From positions 1 to 32,386 of the forward strand of contig CAWEDJ010000064.1 in assembly GCA_963807635.1 (NCBI GenBank): 32,386 bases of DNA, written 5' to 3'. The position numbers were made by a program, and so were the translations under genes. Below, one piece after another: positions 30,330 to 32,386 of the stretch. The notes below the pieces were generated by a model. It did no database searches, was not told where the DNA came from, and saw only the letters and a program-made list of their open reading frames with translations. Source of the stretch: an uncultured cyanobacterium (GTDB lineage: Bacteria > Cyanobacteriota > Cyanobacteriia > Cyanobacteriales > Microcystaceae). How positions within the stretch are numbered: position 1 is the first letter of the stretch; every line of letters starts with the position of its first letter.

Positions 30330-30601
30330 GTTCTATCACTCTAGGCAGAAGATAGATAGAAACTACGAGGAAAAATCATCTCCAACAGAGAATTTGTTAG
30401 TTTACTTAACTGGAAGAATAGACGACAAAATACTCGCAGTATTTGAGGAGTAAAAATCACGACTAACCAAGGTTTAAGCAGATTGAAGTAACATAATGGC
30501 TGAATAAACAATCGTAAATTATTGAGGGTATTTTTCCAGCCCTTTCCCTTATTCCATTTTGGGTGTTTCTGCATTTCTTCTTGAGCAGATTCAGCTAATG
30601 T
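30330..30601 (-). mobile_element. IS701-family element, 3' end fragment
   Basis: KHPKWNKGKGWKNTLNNLRLFIQP..LLKPWL is the typical C-terminus of cyanobacterial IS701 transposases. Stop at 30341. Boundaries are approximate. Confidence 0.75.
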
Positions 30602-31424
30602 ATCAGGAGGTTTTCTGGATCTGACTTTTCCCGTTAAGTCTAAAATCCAGTAATGCAAACATCTAGACCCATTATCTGGAAAGGCTTTGAGAGATAATTC
30701 TCTTGACAGGAGAAAATACAGTCTGAAACAATCATCCAGCTTATTGTTCAAATTTCAAAAATAAAGGACAAAGGGAGTATGAGACTGTAAAATAGGGAGA
30801 ATCTTAAAGGTGAGGTCAAAAATGTTGGAATGGTGGACAAAAAACTTTGCAAGTTGTGAATTGGGAGATGAGAGACTAGACAATAGAGCCTTCTCAATTG
30901 GGAAAAAGTTAAGTCCGGGGTTTGGGAAAGCCCTATCAAAAGTGTTTGAGGGAGGAAGGGAGTTAAAAAGGACCTATGAATTTTTGCGAATCCCAAAACA
31001 GACTTTAGCAAAATAATAAGACCGCACTGTGAAATGACTACTGCCAACCTAGAAGAATATAAGGTAATGCTATCAGTCGGAGATACAACCTTCTTAGATT
31101 ATCGCAAAATCAAGGAAAAAAGGGACGGATATGGCCGACGGGAAAAGGTGGGAATGGATTAATTCTGCATAGTGCTTTGGCAATTGAACCAGAAAAAGGA
31201 GAAATATTGGGTTTATTATGGCAAAAACTATGGAATAGAGAGGTAAAAGAAAAGCCTCCGACTAATGAACCGCCTGAGGAGAAAAAAGAAAGACAGAAAG
31301 AACAAAGAAAAGTCGCTCGTCAAAAACCCTTTGAGGAAAAAGAATCTTACAAATGGGCAGAGTCTCTAAACACGTGTGAGAAGCAGGTAGAACGTTCAAC
31401 GCGCGTAATTCATGTATTTGATAG
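30602..31424 (+). mobile_element. IS4-family (IS50/Tn5-like) element, 5' part, frameshifted and truncated
   Basis: CELGDERLDNRA, then GDTTFLDY, GLILHSALAI, KESYKW and IHVFD across three frames. It is cut at HVFD. The left boundary is approximate. Confidence 0.8.
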
Positions 31425-32386
31425 CAATACCTTTGCCAAATTACGAGAGTTCAATTGTTGTAGAAACATTGTGAATACGACCAAGAGAAGTAAGGTTGGC
31501 AAAAATCTGGGCTAATAAAATAGGCTCTGGCTGTTCGGGAAGCATTTTTAACATTGCATGAGCATAGTTCAAACCACGGTAGTAAGCTTTAAGATCAACA
31601 ATGCCAGAGCCAGGATTATCTTCACGGAACTGAGCTAGAAGAAGATGGGATAAATTGACCATGAAAAAAGAAAGGTTAGCCGCATTAGTAACAGAGGTTT
31701 GACCGAGGTTCATAAAATCTTCCAATCCCCAAAACTGCTTGGCATCACGAAAATTAAATTCGATTTGGAAGCGTAGTTTATAGTAGTCGATAATTTTGTC
31801 ATAGGATAAAGTTAAGTCACTGGAAAAGAGAATTACGTGACTGCGTGCATTAGTTTTGAGATTGGTTTTCACCAAAATCACTACATTCAGGGACTGGGCA
31901 AATTTTTTGTGCAGTAAGGTAGCTTGATAAGTATCGGTTTGGATATCTTCCTCAATAATACTTTGACGCAAATATTCATCAGAAATATTCCGCCAGTTCA
32001 GCTTATCCCCGTATTTACGACGAGAGGGATGATTCGGGTCAGAATGTTGGTAAGGTATATACAGTGCTGAATCATGACGTAACTTGGAAATGATGTGGAA
32101 GTTAACCTGCTTCGCCATCTGTAAAGCATTGTTGTTTCCAAAATGACCGTCTAAGACCAAGTAAGTGAGGGGAATAAAGTTTGCTATTAACTTGACTAAC
32201 TCATTAATCATTTTCTTAATTCGTAATAATTCAGGGGTAAGAACTACCTCTTTTTTATTTTTGTTCTTACTTCCTTTTGGTCGTCCTTGTTCCCGTTTTT
32301 CTTGAGGTTTTACTTCTGGAATTGGCGAGATACTACTTTTTTCTACATCCCTCTTGATTACCTGTTCTATCTGAATCGGAAATGAG
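31425..32386 (-). mobile_element. IS4/IS701-like DDE transposase element, 3' part (runs off the window)
   Basis: The frame is open from the window end (SFPIQIEQV..GRPKGSKNK) through LVLDGHFG, ISKLR and YKLRFQIEFNFRDAKQFWGL to the stop at 31441. Confidence 0.85.

Noticed and set aside
30602..30751. N-terminal part of ORF 30341..30751 as IS701 protein
   Set aside because: It looks like read-through from the non-coding end of the adjacent IS4 element; IS701 similarity starts only near 30600.
1550..31047. Other short overlapping ORFs in the track (e.g. 1580..1792, 9848..10111, 10716..11057, 12353..12613, 18926..19231, 21740..22024, 23009..23299, 30748..31047)
   Set aside because: They are alternative-frame or antisense shadows of well-supported genes, with no recognisable motifs.

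Overview
Chromosomal window from a unicellular cyanobacterium, probably Synechocystis-like (Chroococcales). The basis is dense HIP1 GCGATCGC octamers plus SpkA, FtsH, His-tailed CbiX and a cyanobacterial PEP-CTERM protein. The housekeeping backbone holds a PLP aminotransferase, tRNA-Thr(CGT), SpoIID/LytB, a PPTase, cobH, sppA, pyrR, PMM/PGM, cbiX, ydcF, cysH, ftsH, spkA, anmK and yggT. It is interrupted by an intact type I restriction-modification locus (hsdR-hsdM-[REP-like hairpins]-mazE-mazF-hsdS), in which a toxin-antitoxin operon with its own operator sits 12 bp upstream of hsdS. Both ends are IS debris: an IS701 fragment plus a ~350 bp MITE on the left, and four stacked IS fragments that truncate an antitoxin gene on the right. 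Seven conserved genes are split by 1-2 bp frameshifts, several in homopolymers or at GGCC/CGATCG motifs; these are most likely long-read basecalling errors, not real pseudogenes. Best leads: TA-coupled hsdS, a membrane-anchored TRAFAC GTPase behind spkA, an 11-bp-phased repeat array upstream of the PEP-CTERM gene, and a recurring 11-7-11 palindrome near mobile-element ends. All calls come from reading the sequence; no database search was run.
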